Source: an archaeon | GTDB lineage: Archaea; Asgardarchaeota; Thorarchaeia; Thorarchaeales; Thorarchaeaceae | NCBI GenBank assembly: GCA_024276825.1 | Contig: JAJRWI010000077.1 | Coordinates: 1 to 64,000 of the forward strand | Direction of reading: 5' to 3' | DNA length: 64,000 bases | Shown here: positions 1 to 10,104 of the stretch, piece after piece | How positions within the stretch are numbered: the stretch's first letter is position 1 | How the letters are laid out: the number at the start of each line of letters is the position of its first letter | Notes under the pieces: generated by a model | Databases searched by the model: none | Seen by the model: the letters and a program-made list of their open reading frames with translations, nothing else | What the model was told of the DNA's origin: nothing | Position numbers and translations under genes: made by a program

Positions 1-2
1 AA

Positions 3-1145
3 GAAGGCATTCTCTCATTGGCATCCTATTCCTTTATCTTTGAGAGAAACACTTGGGCATCGGGTGTCATTCCCCAGATCTCAGCTGTCATGGGCCCATG
101 TGCAGGCGGTGCCGTCTATAGTCCTGCAGTTACTGACTTCATTCTCATGGTCAAGAATACATCTCACATGTTTATCACTGGTCCAGAAGTCATCAAGACA
201 GTGACTGGCGAAGAGGTCACCTTTGAGGAACTCGGCGGTGCTATGACTCATGCTTCAACTAGCGGAGTTGCTCATTTTGCAAGCGAAGATGAGGATGAGT
301 GTTTCAATCAGATTAGACAGCTCCTGAGCTATATTCCAAGTAATAACCTAGAGGATCCCCCACGTGTAGACACGGGGCATGCTCCTGATGATGTTGATGA
401 GTCCATTGATGAATTGGTGCCCGATGATCCCAACAAGCCCTATGACATGCGGGATGTTGTTGCGAAGCTTGTGGACAATGGTGAGTTCTTCGAGGTGCAT
501 GAGCACTGGGCAAAGAACATGATTGTCGGCTTTGCCCGTTTTGATGGGCGTTCGGTGGGAATCGTTGGAAATAATCCTGCACATCTTGCCGGCACTCTTG
601 ACATCAATGCATCAGACAAATGCTCCAGATTCGTAAGATTCTGTGATGCCTTTAATATTCCAATCATCACATTCATGGACGTCCCTGGATATCTGCCTGG
701 GACAGCTCAAGAATGGGGCGGTATAATTCGCCATGGTGCCAAGATTCTGTACGCCTTTGCAGAGGCAACTGTTCCTAAAATCACAATTATCACGAGGAAG
801 GGCTATGGTGGTGCCTACGATGTCATGTCATCTCGCCACATTGGTGCTGATCTTGTATATGCTTGGCCCACTGCGGAGATTGCAGTGATGGGACCCGATG
901 GAGCTATCAACATCATATTCAGAAAAGAGATCGCAGCTGCAAAGGATAAAAATGCTAAGCGCAAAGAGCTTGTAAAGATGTACCGTGAGAAGTTTGCCAA
1001 TCCGTATATAGCAGCAGGTCTCGGATATATTGACAAGGTGATCTTCCCCCATGAAACCCGACCCCTAATCTGCAAGGGGCTTCAAATGCTGGAGAGCAAA
1101 CGGCAGACACGTCCCCCCAAGAAACATGGAAACATTCCACTATAA
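3..1145 (+). CDS. Acyl-CoA carboxyltransferase subunit (PccB / methylmalonyl-CoA carboxyltransferase 12S family), 5'-truncated by the window edge
   Basis: Motifs [39 protein letters not shown] and C-terminal KKHGNIPL; the frame is open back to the window start (EGILSLASY). Confidence 0.93.
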   Translation, partial: EGILSLASYSFIFERNTWASGVIPQISAVMGPCAGGAVYSPAVTDFILMVKNTSHMFITGPEVIKTVTGEEVTFEELGGAMTHASTSGVAHFASEDEDECFNQIRQLLSYIPSNNLEDPPRVDTGHAPDDVDESIDELVPDDPNKPYDMRDVVAKLVDNGEFFEVHEHWAKNMIVGFARFDGRSVGIVGNNPAHLAGTLDINASDKCSRFVRFCDAFNIPIITFMDVPGYLPGTAQEWGGIIRHGAKILYAFAEATVPKITIITRKGYGGAYDVMSSRHIGADLVYAWPTAEIAVMGPDGAINIIFRKEIAAAKDKNAKRKELVKMYREKFANPYIAAGLGYIDKVIFPHETRPLICKGLQMLESKRQTRPPKKHGNIPL

Positions 1146-1276
1146 ACAAACATTAAAACCTAGGCAGCATTAGTCGAGTACAATTATTTTCGAATTATTG
1201 AAATATTGCTCTCAATCTATTATAATTGACCAAAATGATTAATTACACTCATAATTAACAGTATATAGGAGATATA

Positions 1277-3367
1277 ATGCAAATATTTACGCCACCAATT
1301 ATCATTGCTAATTTTCCTTGGCTGATCATTGTTCCACTCATTATATTCTTTGTAATATCGATATTTATTGCAAAAGGCCTGATAAATATAGAATCACCTT
1401 GGCTATCGCATATTCGTATGTACTGGAAGATCTATTTCCTCTTCCCAATAATTCTGAGTTATATCATACAAATAGCCATAGCATCTCTTGCAATGGCAGA
1501 TATTATTCCACACATGTTCGCAGAGAGTCTTATTCTTGCTTTTGGAACAATATTCTATGGCCTTGTACTAGTCGGACTTGGAATTCTACTTGGACTTGTT
1601 CTATCATTCATTTACATATCAAGAGGAACATCATTTCTTATGCTTACATGGGCTATTCTTCTTCTTCCTGTCTTTTGGCTAATGCATGTTTACAATCCCT
1701 CTTCAATGATTGAGTTTATCCTAGATGAACTAAGCACAATAATCTTCTTCATAATTATAATGGCGGCCTGTGGTCAATCACCGACACTTCTAAGACTCAT
1801 GGGAGTGGACGCATCGATTGATGAGAAACTTCGGAAAGAACTTGTAACTCGGAATGCAATGGCATACACACTAAAAGCTTATGAAAAACTGAAGAAACGT
1901 GTAGAAGTTGATGGGGATCCTATTGCTCAAGAAGCAATTCGTCAATTGCAGATGGTGGGTGGACTATACGGTGAAATAATCAGACGGTCCATCGGTCTCA
2001 AGACTGATGCCTCAGAAATGAAACCGCATGAAACTTCTATAACGGATATTTCTAACGAGATGATGAGAGTTCAAACATCTGGATTATGGACATTGACTCG
2101 ACAAAAATTTGACACAAAACGAAATATTAACCGCATTTTGTATATTGTCCTCTCTGTTGTTTATGTCCTTTTCATTGTACAACTGTATCAGATCTCAACA
2201 TTGTTTCAAATCTGGTCATTTGTACTTCTTGGTGGTATGATGCTTTTTTCAATTCCACTTCTCTTCTATGATCCGTTGTTCATAGGTGGAAGAATGAGTG
2301 CTAATAACATAGTCAGGACAATTCTTCGGTACTTTCGTGGAATGGATGCTATTATTAGTGATCTTGATGAGGTCTTTGAAGCAACCCCTGAAACAGAGTC
2401 CATTAAATATGATGAACAGATCCAAGAGCCTTCCACTGAGACCTTCTCTCTTGTTTCCGAAGTGGTGGACAAGATTGAATCTAAAGAAACAAGGTCTTTT
2501 GTTGAGCGAACTCTGAAGAGAAAAGATGATGTCTATCCTGAAGACTATACTTCCTTCTATCTCTTTATTATCAGTTTTATTGTCGTATTGGCTTCAATCT
2601 TCTTAATCTCTCTGGTTATTGGACTAAGAGCATTGGTGATTGAATTCTTTTGGCTGCTTCCCACACTCATAATTTCAATAGGACTCGGATTGGCCGTCTA
2701 TTGGTATCATTCTTCTATGAAACGATCATTCTTTGGAATGCGGCGAGGGCCATTGAGTCTGGCTATATCATATCTCTCATTAACTGAAGCCGGAGTTGAT
2801 GATTTAGGGCTGGTCGCGTTTCCCCCTCCCCCACAGCCGTTTATCTTTATCAGCGTCGCTGGTCCGCGCCACTTGGCCAAATTTCAGAGCAAGATTGCTT
2901 CATCTCTTGAAATTGAAGAGAATCAAGAAGTATCTGTCAAATCACTGGAAGTCGAATTGAAAACATATAGAGCTATGATACCACTTATTGTTGTACTGAT
3001 CCCTATTTTCCTTCTAACAGTCAATATGTTTGGTATGATAGGCGTAGACTTCATATTTGTAATGATTTTTATCTTGGTGGCTGCTCTCATTCTCTTTGGA
3101 ACCATACCTTTTGCATTGTACAAGTGGTATCAACTAAGAAAAATTAGAGATGCTAAATATAATGCATCTCGAGAGCCCACCATCTCATTGAAGACTGCAC
3201 AAGTGATTAATCTTCTCAGAGAGCAATACAACTATCCTTTGAGACTCTTGCTGGCATTCAAAGTACCAAGATTATTTTACACTGGGAATGAACATTACAG
3301 CACCAAAGGTGTGAAGTTGTATGAGGCTTTATTCATCCCTGAGAAGGACTTGAATCAAAGCAGCTAG
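1277..3367 (+). CDS. Hypothetical polytopic membrane protein
   Basis: 696-aa ORF with many hydrophobic helices alternating with soluble segments; GGAG RBS upstream. Confidence 0.8.
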   Translation: MQIFTPPIIIANFPWLIIVPLIIFFVISIFIAKGLINIESPWLSHIRMYWKIYFLFPIILSYIIQIAIASLAMADIIPHMFAESLILAFGTIFYGLVLVGLGILLGLVLSFIYISRGTSFLMLTWAILLLPVFWLMHVYNPSSMIEFILDELSTIIFFIIIMAACGQSPTLLRLMGVDASIDEKLRKELVTRNAMAYTLKAYEKLKKRVEVDGDPIAQEAIRQLQMVGGLYGEIIRRSIGLKTDASEMKPHETSITDISNEMMRVQTSGLWTLTRQKFDTKRNINRILYIVLSVVYVLFIVQLYQISTLFQIWSFVLLGGMMLFSIPLLFYDPLFIGGRMSANNIVRTILRYFRGMDAIISDLDEVFEATPETESIKYDEQIQEPSTETFSLVSEVVDKIESKETRSFVERTLKRKDDVYPEDYTSFYLFIISFIVVLASIFLISLVIGLRALVIEFFWLLPTLIISIGLGLAVYWYHSSMKRSFFGMRRGPLSLAISYLSLTEAGVDDLGLVAFPPPPQPFIFISVAGPRHLAKFQSKIASSLEIEENQEVSVKSLEVELKTYRAMIPLIVVLIPIFLLTVNMFGMIGVDFIFVMIFILVAALILFGTIPFALYKWYQLRKIRDAKYNASREPTISLKTAQVINLLREQYNYPLRLLLAFKVPRLFYTGNEHYSTKGVKLYEALFIPEKDLNQSS

Positions 3368-3368
3368 A

Positions 3369-4034
3369 TTATGGCGTTGGCGATCTTGCATCATCTTTGA
3401 CATAGTTGATTATCTCAAGTAATTTCTCTCGTGAGAACAACGACTCATCAAATTGAGCACTATACCTGATCTGTTCATAGCAATATGCTATTCCTCCTCC
3501 CTCAACAAACCCATCGTATGATGATGGAAGTCTATACTTTCCTTCAGTCCTGATTAACGGGACATCACCAATTTTCACACGCTTTCCTGATATGGCTTGG
3601 AATCCCGGGCCTTTTACTGATTCGTTTTCAGTCTGCTGAGGCGCTTCTTTGAATGCGATGAAGTAGAGGTAGCCTGCCCTGTTCTTTGCAAGCAGATAGA
3701 CATCATCTATGATTGCATAGATGACCTCGCTTTTCGAATTGAAAATTGGTTCTCCCACTCTGCTGATAATGTCATGGCATCGAACCAGAAAGGCTTGTGA
3801 AACTCGAAAATGAAAGATCATGATGAATCCTGAGATTAAAAGTAGCCCTCCTACGGTAACAAGCAGAAAAGCGAGTATGAGATTTGAATAGCCAAAGAGA
3901 AAAGATGCCACAATGGCAGCTATCGATATTATGAGTAACACAGCTCCAGCACTCTGCTTCCGAATCTTTTGATCTACAAACTCTATAAACTCAGGATTGT
4001 TCATGAGGTCTTGTTCAGTTGACATGGTCAGCAC
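3369..4034 (-). CDS. Hypothetical 2-TM membrane protein, paralog of 4435-5085
   Basis: Two N-terminal TM helices; shares SR(V/L)GEP, (D/E)VY, F(I/V)AF and R.EG..R.PS...VEG motifs with 4435-5085. Confidence 0.8.
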   Translation of the reverse strand: MLTMSTEQDLMNNPEFIEFVDQKIRKQSAGAVLLIISIAAIVASFLFGYSNLILAFLLVTVGGLLLISGFIMIFHFRVSQAFLVRCHDIISRVGEPIFNSKSEVIYAIIDDVYLLAKNRAGYLYFIAFKEAPQQTENESVKGPGFQAISGKRVKIGDVPLIRTEGKYRLPSSYDGFVEGGGIAYCYEQIRYSAQFDESLFSREKLLEIINYVKDDARSPTP

Positions 4035-4065
4035 TTGATTTAACTATCCTCTAATTGCAGTACAC

Positions 4066-4400
4066 CTATGTACAATTCGAAGCGTCTTGGTTGACATAAT
4101 CAATGATTCAAACAAGAAGTTTCAGTTCAAGGTTGAAGATGTCCGCTTCACATCCCAAATTTAGTAATAGATTGAAACAAGTGATTCCTCCTCCTGCTTA
4201 TCATTCCTTTTAGATGACACTCAACACACCCTCAACACGAAATAGGTTGGCACGCTGAAATTTTGCGCTCGGTCATCAAACAAAAAAGTATGCGAAGATC
4301 AAATTACTCTCTATCTAAAACCAATCACATGCCTCTTCAAGACCAACTTAATACTACATTATTGAAATTGTTCTCCCGCTCATAATTTACGTCATGGCGG
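4066..4400 (-). pseudogene. Decayed third copy of the 2-TM paralog family
   Basis: Minus-strand translation of 4260-4066 gives ...LFRVEGVLSVI*KE**AGGGI...KLLV*IIDYVNQDASNCT*, matching LFRREGV, EGGGIAY and KLLEIINYVKDDARSPTP of the flanking genes; several stop codons. Confidence 0.7.
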
Positions 4401-4434
4401 TTTTACTTGCATACAAACAGCAGTCTAGCCATAA

Positions 4435-5085
4435 TCATGCAAAGCGTGTTTCATGCTTTATTTCTTGAATGATTTGATTAAGTTCTTCTTTGCTAAACTT
4501 TGGGACAGTCCACTCAAACTCTGAAGGCTGCAAGCTACGGGCGTATACAATTGCCTCCCCTTCAACATAATCCCCTTCCGCTGAAGGTACTCTAAAGACT
4601 CCCTCTCTCCTGAATAACTTGATCTTTCCAATTTCGACCTTTGGACTCCACTGGAAGTAGTTATTCGGAATGCCTAGAGATTTCTTGTCCGATATCTGGG
4701 GAGTTCCTCTAAATGCAACAAAAGATAATAGTGAGGATTTTCCATTTATTATGATATAGACCTCATCATAAACAATGTATGCAAATCGCTTGTTCCAATT
4801 CACTGTTGGTTCTCCAAGTCTTGAAAGAATCCTGATCCCCCCAAACAGAAATCTACCAACAAATGCAAAGTACATCAATATTGCGAATCCTGCTAAAAGG
4901 AGGATTACGAATAATATGAATGAAACCGTTAACATAAGACCACTTTGAGGCCATAATGTTGTTACGACGTACAAGTAAATGAATGACAGAGCCATCATGC
5001 AAAGGCCATATACAATTTTCCGTCTATTTCTGGTCCGAAATGCAAGATACTCATCACTCTCGAAAATCGCACATTCTTCGGACAT
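4435..5085 (-). CDS. Hypothetical 2-TM membrane protein, paralog of 3369-4034
   Basis: Same architecture and shared motifs as 3369-4034. Confidence 0.8.
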   Translation of the reverse strand: MSEECAIFESDEYLAFRTRNRRKIVYGLCMMALSFIYLYVVTTLWPQSGLMLTVSFILFVILLLAGFAILMYFAFVGRFLFGGIRILSRLGEPTVNWNKRFAYIVYDEVYIIINGKSSLLSFVAFRGTPQISDKKSLGIPNNYFQWSPKVEIGKIKLFRREGVFRVPSAEGDYVEGEAIVYARSLQPSEFEWTVPKFSKEELNQIIQEIKHETRFA

Positions 5086-5286
5086 TGAGGAGAACTCCTT
5101 TGACTTTAGATCATTCTGATGATTGACTTACTGACTCTTTCAGGAAGTCTGTAGTTCTAAATCATTACCTCGACTTAAACTTAATCTTCAATAGTTATAT
5201 GTCGAAAATGGTTGCATGGTCTTTCAGTGATTTTTCAAGATATCAGAACTTCTATATATCTATAAACGATTGTCCATTCGAAGAAT

Positions 5287-6864
5287 ATGACCAAGCTCAA
5301 GATAACCGAAACCGTGCTCCGTGATGCCCATCAATCGCTCATAGCAACAAGGCTTCGTACAGAAGATATGCTTCCAATCTGCGAGAAACTTGACAAGGTT
5401 GGCTATCACTCTCTTGAGATGTTTGGTGGGGCCACCTTTGACTCGATGATGCGTTTTCTTGACGAGGATCCTTGGGAGCGGGTTGAAACCCTACGCGATG
5501 CAATGCCCAAGACGAAATTCCAGATGCTTCTGAGGGCTCAGAATGTTGTTGGCTATCAGCACTATCCTGATGATGTTCTGGAGGCATTTGTTGTCGAAGC
5601 AGTAAAAGTGGGTATTGATATATTTAGAATATTCGATGCTCTGAATGACGTACGCAATATGGAAGCAGCAATGAGATTTGTCAAACGTGAGGGTGGTCAT
5701 GTTCAGGCAAGTTTCTGTTATACTCTGAGTCCGTTTCACACCACAGAGAAGTTTGTAGAAAAGGCAAAGACTCTCTATGAGATGGGTGCAGACTCGATCT
5801 GCATCAAGGACATGGCAGGTCTAATATCCCCCCAAGCGGCTGGCGAACTTGTGAGTCGTTTGAAGGAAGAACTTGACATCCCCATTCAACTTCATAGCCA
5901 CATGACCTCAGGCATGGCCTCGCTTGCGTATCTGAAAGCTGCAGAAGTTGGAGTTGATGTTGTTGACTGTGCCATTTCATCATTCTCAATGGCAACATCA
6001 CAACCTGCCACTGAGTCAATTGTAGAGTCCCTAAAGGGGACCGAAAGGGACACAGGTCTCGACATAAACCTTCTGGCGAAGATTGCAGACTACTTCCGAA
6101 AGGTCCGTAGAAAATATGCAAAGTTCGAGGGAAGTCTAAAGGGCGTCAATCCACAGGTCCTTGTGTTTCAGGTGCCTGGTGGAATGCTTTCAAACCTTGA
6201 TAATCAACTGAGAGAGCAAGGTGCTCTGGATCGATATGATGAGGTATTAGAGGAAGTGCCTCGAGTGAGGGCTGAACTTGGCTATCCTCCTCTTGTGACA
6301 CCATCTAGTCAGATTGTGGGAACACAAGCGACCCTTAATGTCATCACTGGAAAACGATACTCAATTATTCCTCATGAGGTAAAACAGTATATCCGCGGAT
6401 ATTATGGTCGTCCGCCAGCACCGATTGATCCTGAGATAAAGGAGTTGGCCATTGGTGATGAGGACCCAATAGACTGCAGACCCGCCGACCTTCTGGAGCC
6501 TGGTCTCCCGAAGGCAAGAGAGGCATTGGCAGACATTCCTCACCTTCCACGTGATGAGGTGTCATATGCATTGTTTCCGCAGTATGCAAAAGAATTCTTA
6601 ATCAGGCGAAATGCACGCAAGAAACGGGGCGAAATGACTGAAGAACTCGAGGCTGCAATCATCGCATCAGTTCTTCACATGAGTGCCCAAGCAACGATTG
6701 GACCCAGTGATACCATTGCTCATGGTTCCTCATGGGCGCAAATGGCACGTACAAATTCCATAGACTATCTTGTACAATTTGGCTCATGGGAAAAGAGCTC
6801 ATCACTCTGGGCCTTGGCTGGCAGGCGTGAGGCAATGAGAAACGGAAGACTGGGGGTTCCATAA
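5287..6864 (+). CDS. Pyruvate/oxaloacetate carboxyltransferase (PycB/OadA/transcarboxylase 5S family) without a biotinyl domain
   Basis: LRDAHQSL, GGATFD, IFDALND, IKDMAG, HSH, QVPGGMLSNL and VTPSSQIVG motifs; no C-terminal AMKM. Confidence 0.93.
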   Translation: MTKLKITETVLRDAHQSLIATRLRTEDMLPICEKLDKVGYHSLEMFGGATFDSMMRFLDEDPWERVETLRDAMPKTKFQMLLRAQNVVGYQHYPDDVLEAFVVEAVKVGIDIFRIFDALNDVRNMEAAMRFVKREGGHVQASFCYTLSPFHTTEKFVEKAKTLYEMGADSICIKDMAGLISPQAAGELVSRLKEELDIPIQLHSHMTSGMASLAYLKAAEVGVDVVDCAISSFSMATSQPATESIVESLKGTERDTGLDINLLAKIADYFRKVRRKYAKFEGSLKGVNPQVLVFQVPGGMLSNLDNQLREQGALDRYDEVLEEVPRVRAELGYPPLVTPSSQIVGTQATLNVITGKRYSIIPHEVKQYIRGYYGRPPAPIDPEIKELAIGDEDPIDCRPADLLEPGLPKAREALADIPHLPRDEVSYALFPQYAKEFLIRRNARKKRGEMTEELEAAIIASVLHMSAQATIGPSDTIAHGSSWAQMARTNSIDYLVQFGSWEKSSSLWALAGRREAMRNGRLGVP

Positions 6865-7391
6865 TGAGTCCTGAATACACCCTGAAAATTGATAGTAGAA
6901 GTCATCAAGTGAAGATTGAGAGGCTTGATGAGGGCGGTGTGCTGATAGTCAATGTTGGAGATCAGTCATTCACACTCAAAGCATCACAAAATCCCGATGG
7001 GTCTTGGACTGTCAATAGCACGGACACTGACTATTCTGTGAGGGTGAACTCACGAAAGGGCAAGAGATACATAATAGAGATCAATGAAGAGCCACTTGAA
7101 GTCGAATGGGAACGGATCAGGACTTCTGATACCACCACTCATACAGGACCCACTCAGGCGGCCAGTGGTAAACGTGTCAAAGGTGGCGTGTATCCTCCAA
7201 TGCCTGGAAAAATCACTGAAGTCAAAGTCAATGTTGGCGATTCTGTGAGTGCCGGTGATACAGTGTGCATACTGGAAGCCATGAAGATGTTCAATGAGCT
7301 TAAGGCCCCCAACGACGGAGTTGTGAAAGAGATAAATATTGAAGTCGGGTCCTCCGTAACTCCCAACGACCTACTGGTTCTTATTGAATAG
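6864..7391 (+). CDS. Biotin carboxyl carrier protein
   Basis: PMPGKI...LEAMKMFNEL biotinylation motif; overlaps the upstream stop codon. Confidence 0.93.
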   Translation: MSPEYTLKIDSRSHQVKIERLDEGGVLIVNVGDQSFTLKASQNPDGSWTVNSTDTDYSVRVNSRKGKRYIIEINEEPLEVEWERIRTSDTTTHTGPTQAASGKRVKGGVYPPMPGKITEVKVNVGDSVSAGDTVCILEAMKMFNELKAPNDGVVKEINIEVGSSVTPNDLLVLIE

Positions 7392-8565
7392 GTTGATGCC
7401 CATGGATGATGTTTTTGTAGCTGGCGTGGGAATGACCCCCTTTGGGGTTTCTGATAATTCGATAATTGAATTGGCTCGTGATGCTGCAATAGCCGCATTG
7501 AATGATTCTGAAAGCATTAGCGAAAGAATTGACAGGGTGATAATAGGGACCCAGAATCCTGATGAGTTTACAGGCGTCGGTCATCTCTCAACTCTACTGA
7601 CTGATCATCTTGGTCTAGTCCCTGCTGGTGCCTTCAGAGTCGAATCTGGGCCCTCATCTGGATCCAGCGCCTTTGAAGCAGCTGTCGCGCTAGTTTCAGG
7701 GGGTCTTGCAGACATTGTCCTTGTCATTGGCGTCGAGAAAATGTCATCTGTTGATCGCGGAGTAGCATCAAAGATTCTGGCCAAGATGATGTCATATGAG
7801 AATGAGACCCGATATGGGGCGACACCAGCAGCGCTCGCAGCAATGGTAGCAAGACGGTATATGCATGAATATGGTCTCACTCGTGATGAACTCTCCCTAA
7901 TCCCAGTCAAGGCACATAGAAACGGTGCAAAAAATCCGCTCGCTCATTTCAAGAAGGAGATATCAGTCGAAAGAGTGAACAACTCTCGCATCGTGGCAGA
8001 TCCATTGACTCTTTTTGATTGCTGTCCAACAAGCGATGGTGCCGCTTCCGCTGTTGTCATGTCACAATCAAAAGTAAAAGAGCTGGGTCTAAGGGATAGC
8101 TCTGTCAAGGTGATCGGGGTTGGTCATGGCACAGATTATCACGCAGTTCAGCATAGACTCTCTCTCACATCATTGAATGCTACAGTTATAGCAGCTAGAA
8201 CTGCTCTAAGGATGGCACATATCACTCCCGCTGATATTAATGTCTGCGAGCTTCATGATGCATTTTCAATCCTTGAACTTATTGACATGGAAGATATTGG
8301 CCTGTGTGAACGCGGCCACGCAATTTGTCTTGTGAAAAATGGCGAAACCGAAGTGAATGGTTCAATTCCAGTAAATACCACTGGTGGTCTCAAGGCACGT
8401 GGCCATCCCACAGGCGCAACAGGAATCGCTCAGATTCATGACATAATACGGCAGTTGAGATGTGAGGCACCGCATGGACTTCAAGTGGACTCTCCCTCAA
8501 TTGGGCTGACTCATAATATAGGCGGCTTTGGCAATAATATGACCGTCTTTATCTTCGGAATCTAA
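7384..8565 (+). CDS. Thiolase-like protein (SCP2-thiolase/Ltp2 type); true start may be a few codons downstream
   Basis: GVGMTPFG, GVEKM, DCCPTSDGA, ELHDAF and GHPTGATG motifs. Confidence 0.9.
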   Translation: MNRLMPMDDVFVAGVGMTPFGVSDNSIIELARDAAIAALNDSESISERIDRVIIGTQNPDEFTGVGHLSTLLTDHLGLVPAGAFRVESGPSSGSSAFEAAVALVSGGLADIVLVIGVEKMSSVDRGVASKILAKMMSYENETRYGATPAALAAMVARRYMHEYGLTRDELSLIPVKAHRNGAKNPLAHFKKEISVERVNNSRIVADPLTLFDCCPTSDGAASAVVMSQSKVKELGLRDSSVKVIGVGHGTDYHAVQHRLSLTSLNATVIAARTALRMAHITPADINVCELHDAFSILELIDMEDIGLCERGHAICLVKNGETEVNGSIPVNTTGGLKARGHPTGATGIAQIHDIIRQLRCEAPHGLQVDSPSIGLTHNIGGFGNNMTVFIFGI

Positions 8566-8922
8566 CAGATCTTTGACTCCTTACTGAAGTTTGTTCTTCC
8601 AAATAATCACAATTGATAATTTTCCACTTCATTTTTTGATTCAAGTATTTTTAAACTGATTATCAAATCAGATTAAAGAAATATTACATTAGAAATATAA
8701 ATATACAATATATTTTTTAAAAATCATGGATTATCTTATTAGTCACATGCAGTGAATATATCCTATTACTATCAAGCCAGTGGGATTTGAACTCAACCAA
8801 GATGTGTTGCAGTATGGGGACCTATTGCTGCTCACTTTCAATCAACCCAAACGAATACTCCTTGATAGTTATTGGACTTGGGTTCTAATCCCATTGAAGC
8901 ATTTGATGAAGAATCGGACAGG

Positions 8923-10104
8923 ATGCGATATAAAATGCCGAAAGGACTTGCTGTGTTGAAATGGGATGATGAACTTGGACCTGTTGTCACCGCAAAGACT
9001 CCAAGTTCACTAAAGGTTGGACTCGATCCAACAACTAGTATGCGTGTCTATGGAATAGCCACCCTGGGTGAGACTGAGGAGTCTCAGAAGCCAGGATTCA
9101 ATGCTCTGACGTTTGACGAGTTCAGACTAGCTGTGTATTACGGTGGTCTGAATATGCACCTGAAGGGCTTGCCCTCAATGGTCTTCCTTGTTCTTGAACC
9201 TGATGAGGACCCTGATGTGTACAAAGACGCCCTACCGGAGATAGCCACTCAGATCTTTCTTAATGCAGAAAATGATGAATACATCAAAATGGTTCCAAAA
9301 TTATACAAGCAGATTGCACGGTACACCCAGATGTCGCCAGAACAGCGACAGGCGTCAATACTCAACGATCCTGTTAGAAGGGCAATTCTTCAGAAGCTCA
9401 TGCGTGATGGGACGGTGCAATCCACAGATCTTGAGCAGTTGATATTTGAAGAAGTTGGAAAGAAGATTGATGTAGATATTGTACTACGCCCACTGGTAAA
9501 GATGGGAATTATAGCCACCGGTTGGGTTGAGGGTCTGTCTTCTGAAGTCATATACTTGACAAGGGCACTATTCATTCTCAGAACAATCTCACGCGAAACT
9601 GTAAAGGCAGTTCAATCAAAACAGGTTCCTCCTGAAGTGGCCAAGCAGTATATTGATGCCACAAAGAAATATCATCGTGAATACATCGCCCGATTGAGAA
9701 AAGACCTGTCCGAAACAATCTGGGTTGAGGCTGAAACTCTTGCTAAATTCATGCTTGATTTTGATGTCTATGACATCCTGCGAATTCTAAGATCTGGACC
9801 ACAGCAGACCGAACACCTTCCAAGCCTTCTTGAAACCACAAAGGCCAATGTGCGGAAGCATGTCAAAAAGCTTGAGAAGGGCGGCATTGTAATGAGAATA
9901 AATGACGAATCCGGCAGAGAGCATCTTTTATTGAAATGTAATCCTGAGGTAGTCACAGTCTATCCAGAATGGTTGATACAGAGAACCATTGATCTCTACA
10001 ACGATGAAGAGATTGTCAGTCGCCAGGCCATTCATTATCTCGAAGTCCTAAAGGCATCGCATCCAAGTCAATCTCTCTCAGGAAAGATACAGGAGGGTGA
10101 GTAG
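8923..10104 (+). CDS. uDENN/longin-like N-terminal domain plus two winged-helix-like segments
   Basis: N-terminal GLAVLKWDDELGPVV..KTP resembles the uDENN/longin F-D-x3-G-P motif; wHTH-like segments DPVRRAILQKL...LRPLVKMGII and YDILRILRSGP...VRKHVKKLEKGGIV; ATG at 8923 or 8935 preferred over TTG at 8872. Confidence 0.7.
   Translation: MRYKMPKGLAVLKWDDELGPVVTAKTPSSLKVGLDPTTSMRVYGIATLGETEESQKPGFNALTFDEFRLAVYYGGLNMHLKGLPSMVFLVLEPDEDPDVYKDALPEIATQIFLNAENDEYIKMVPKLYKQIARYTQMSPEQRQASILNDPVRRAILQKLMRDGTVQSTDLEQLIFEEVGKKIDVDIVLRPLVKMGIIATGWVEGLSSEVIYLTRALFILRTISRETVKAVQSKQVPPEVAKQYIDATKKYHREYIARLRKDLSETIWVEAETLAKFMLDFDVYDILRILRSGPQQTEHLPSLLETTKANVRKHVKKLEKGGIVMRINDESGREHLLLKCNPEVVTVYPEWLIQRTIDLYNDEEIVSRQAIHYLEVLKASHPSQSLSGKIQEGE

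Noticed and set aside
8775-8796. Minus-strand GAGTTCAAATCCCACTGG resembles a tRNA T-loop, a possible att site for the big operon
   Set aside because: The T-stem does not pair, no cloverleaf forms, and there is no matching copy at the other end of the operon.
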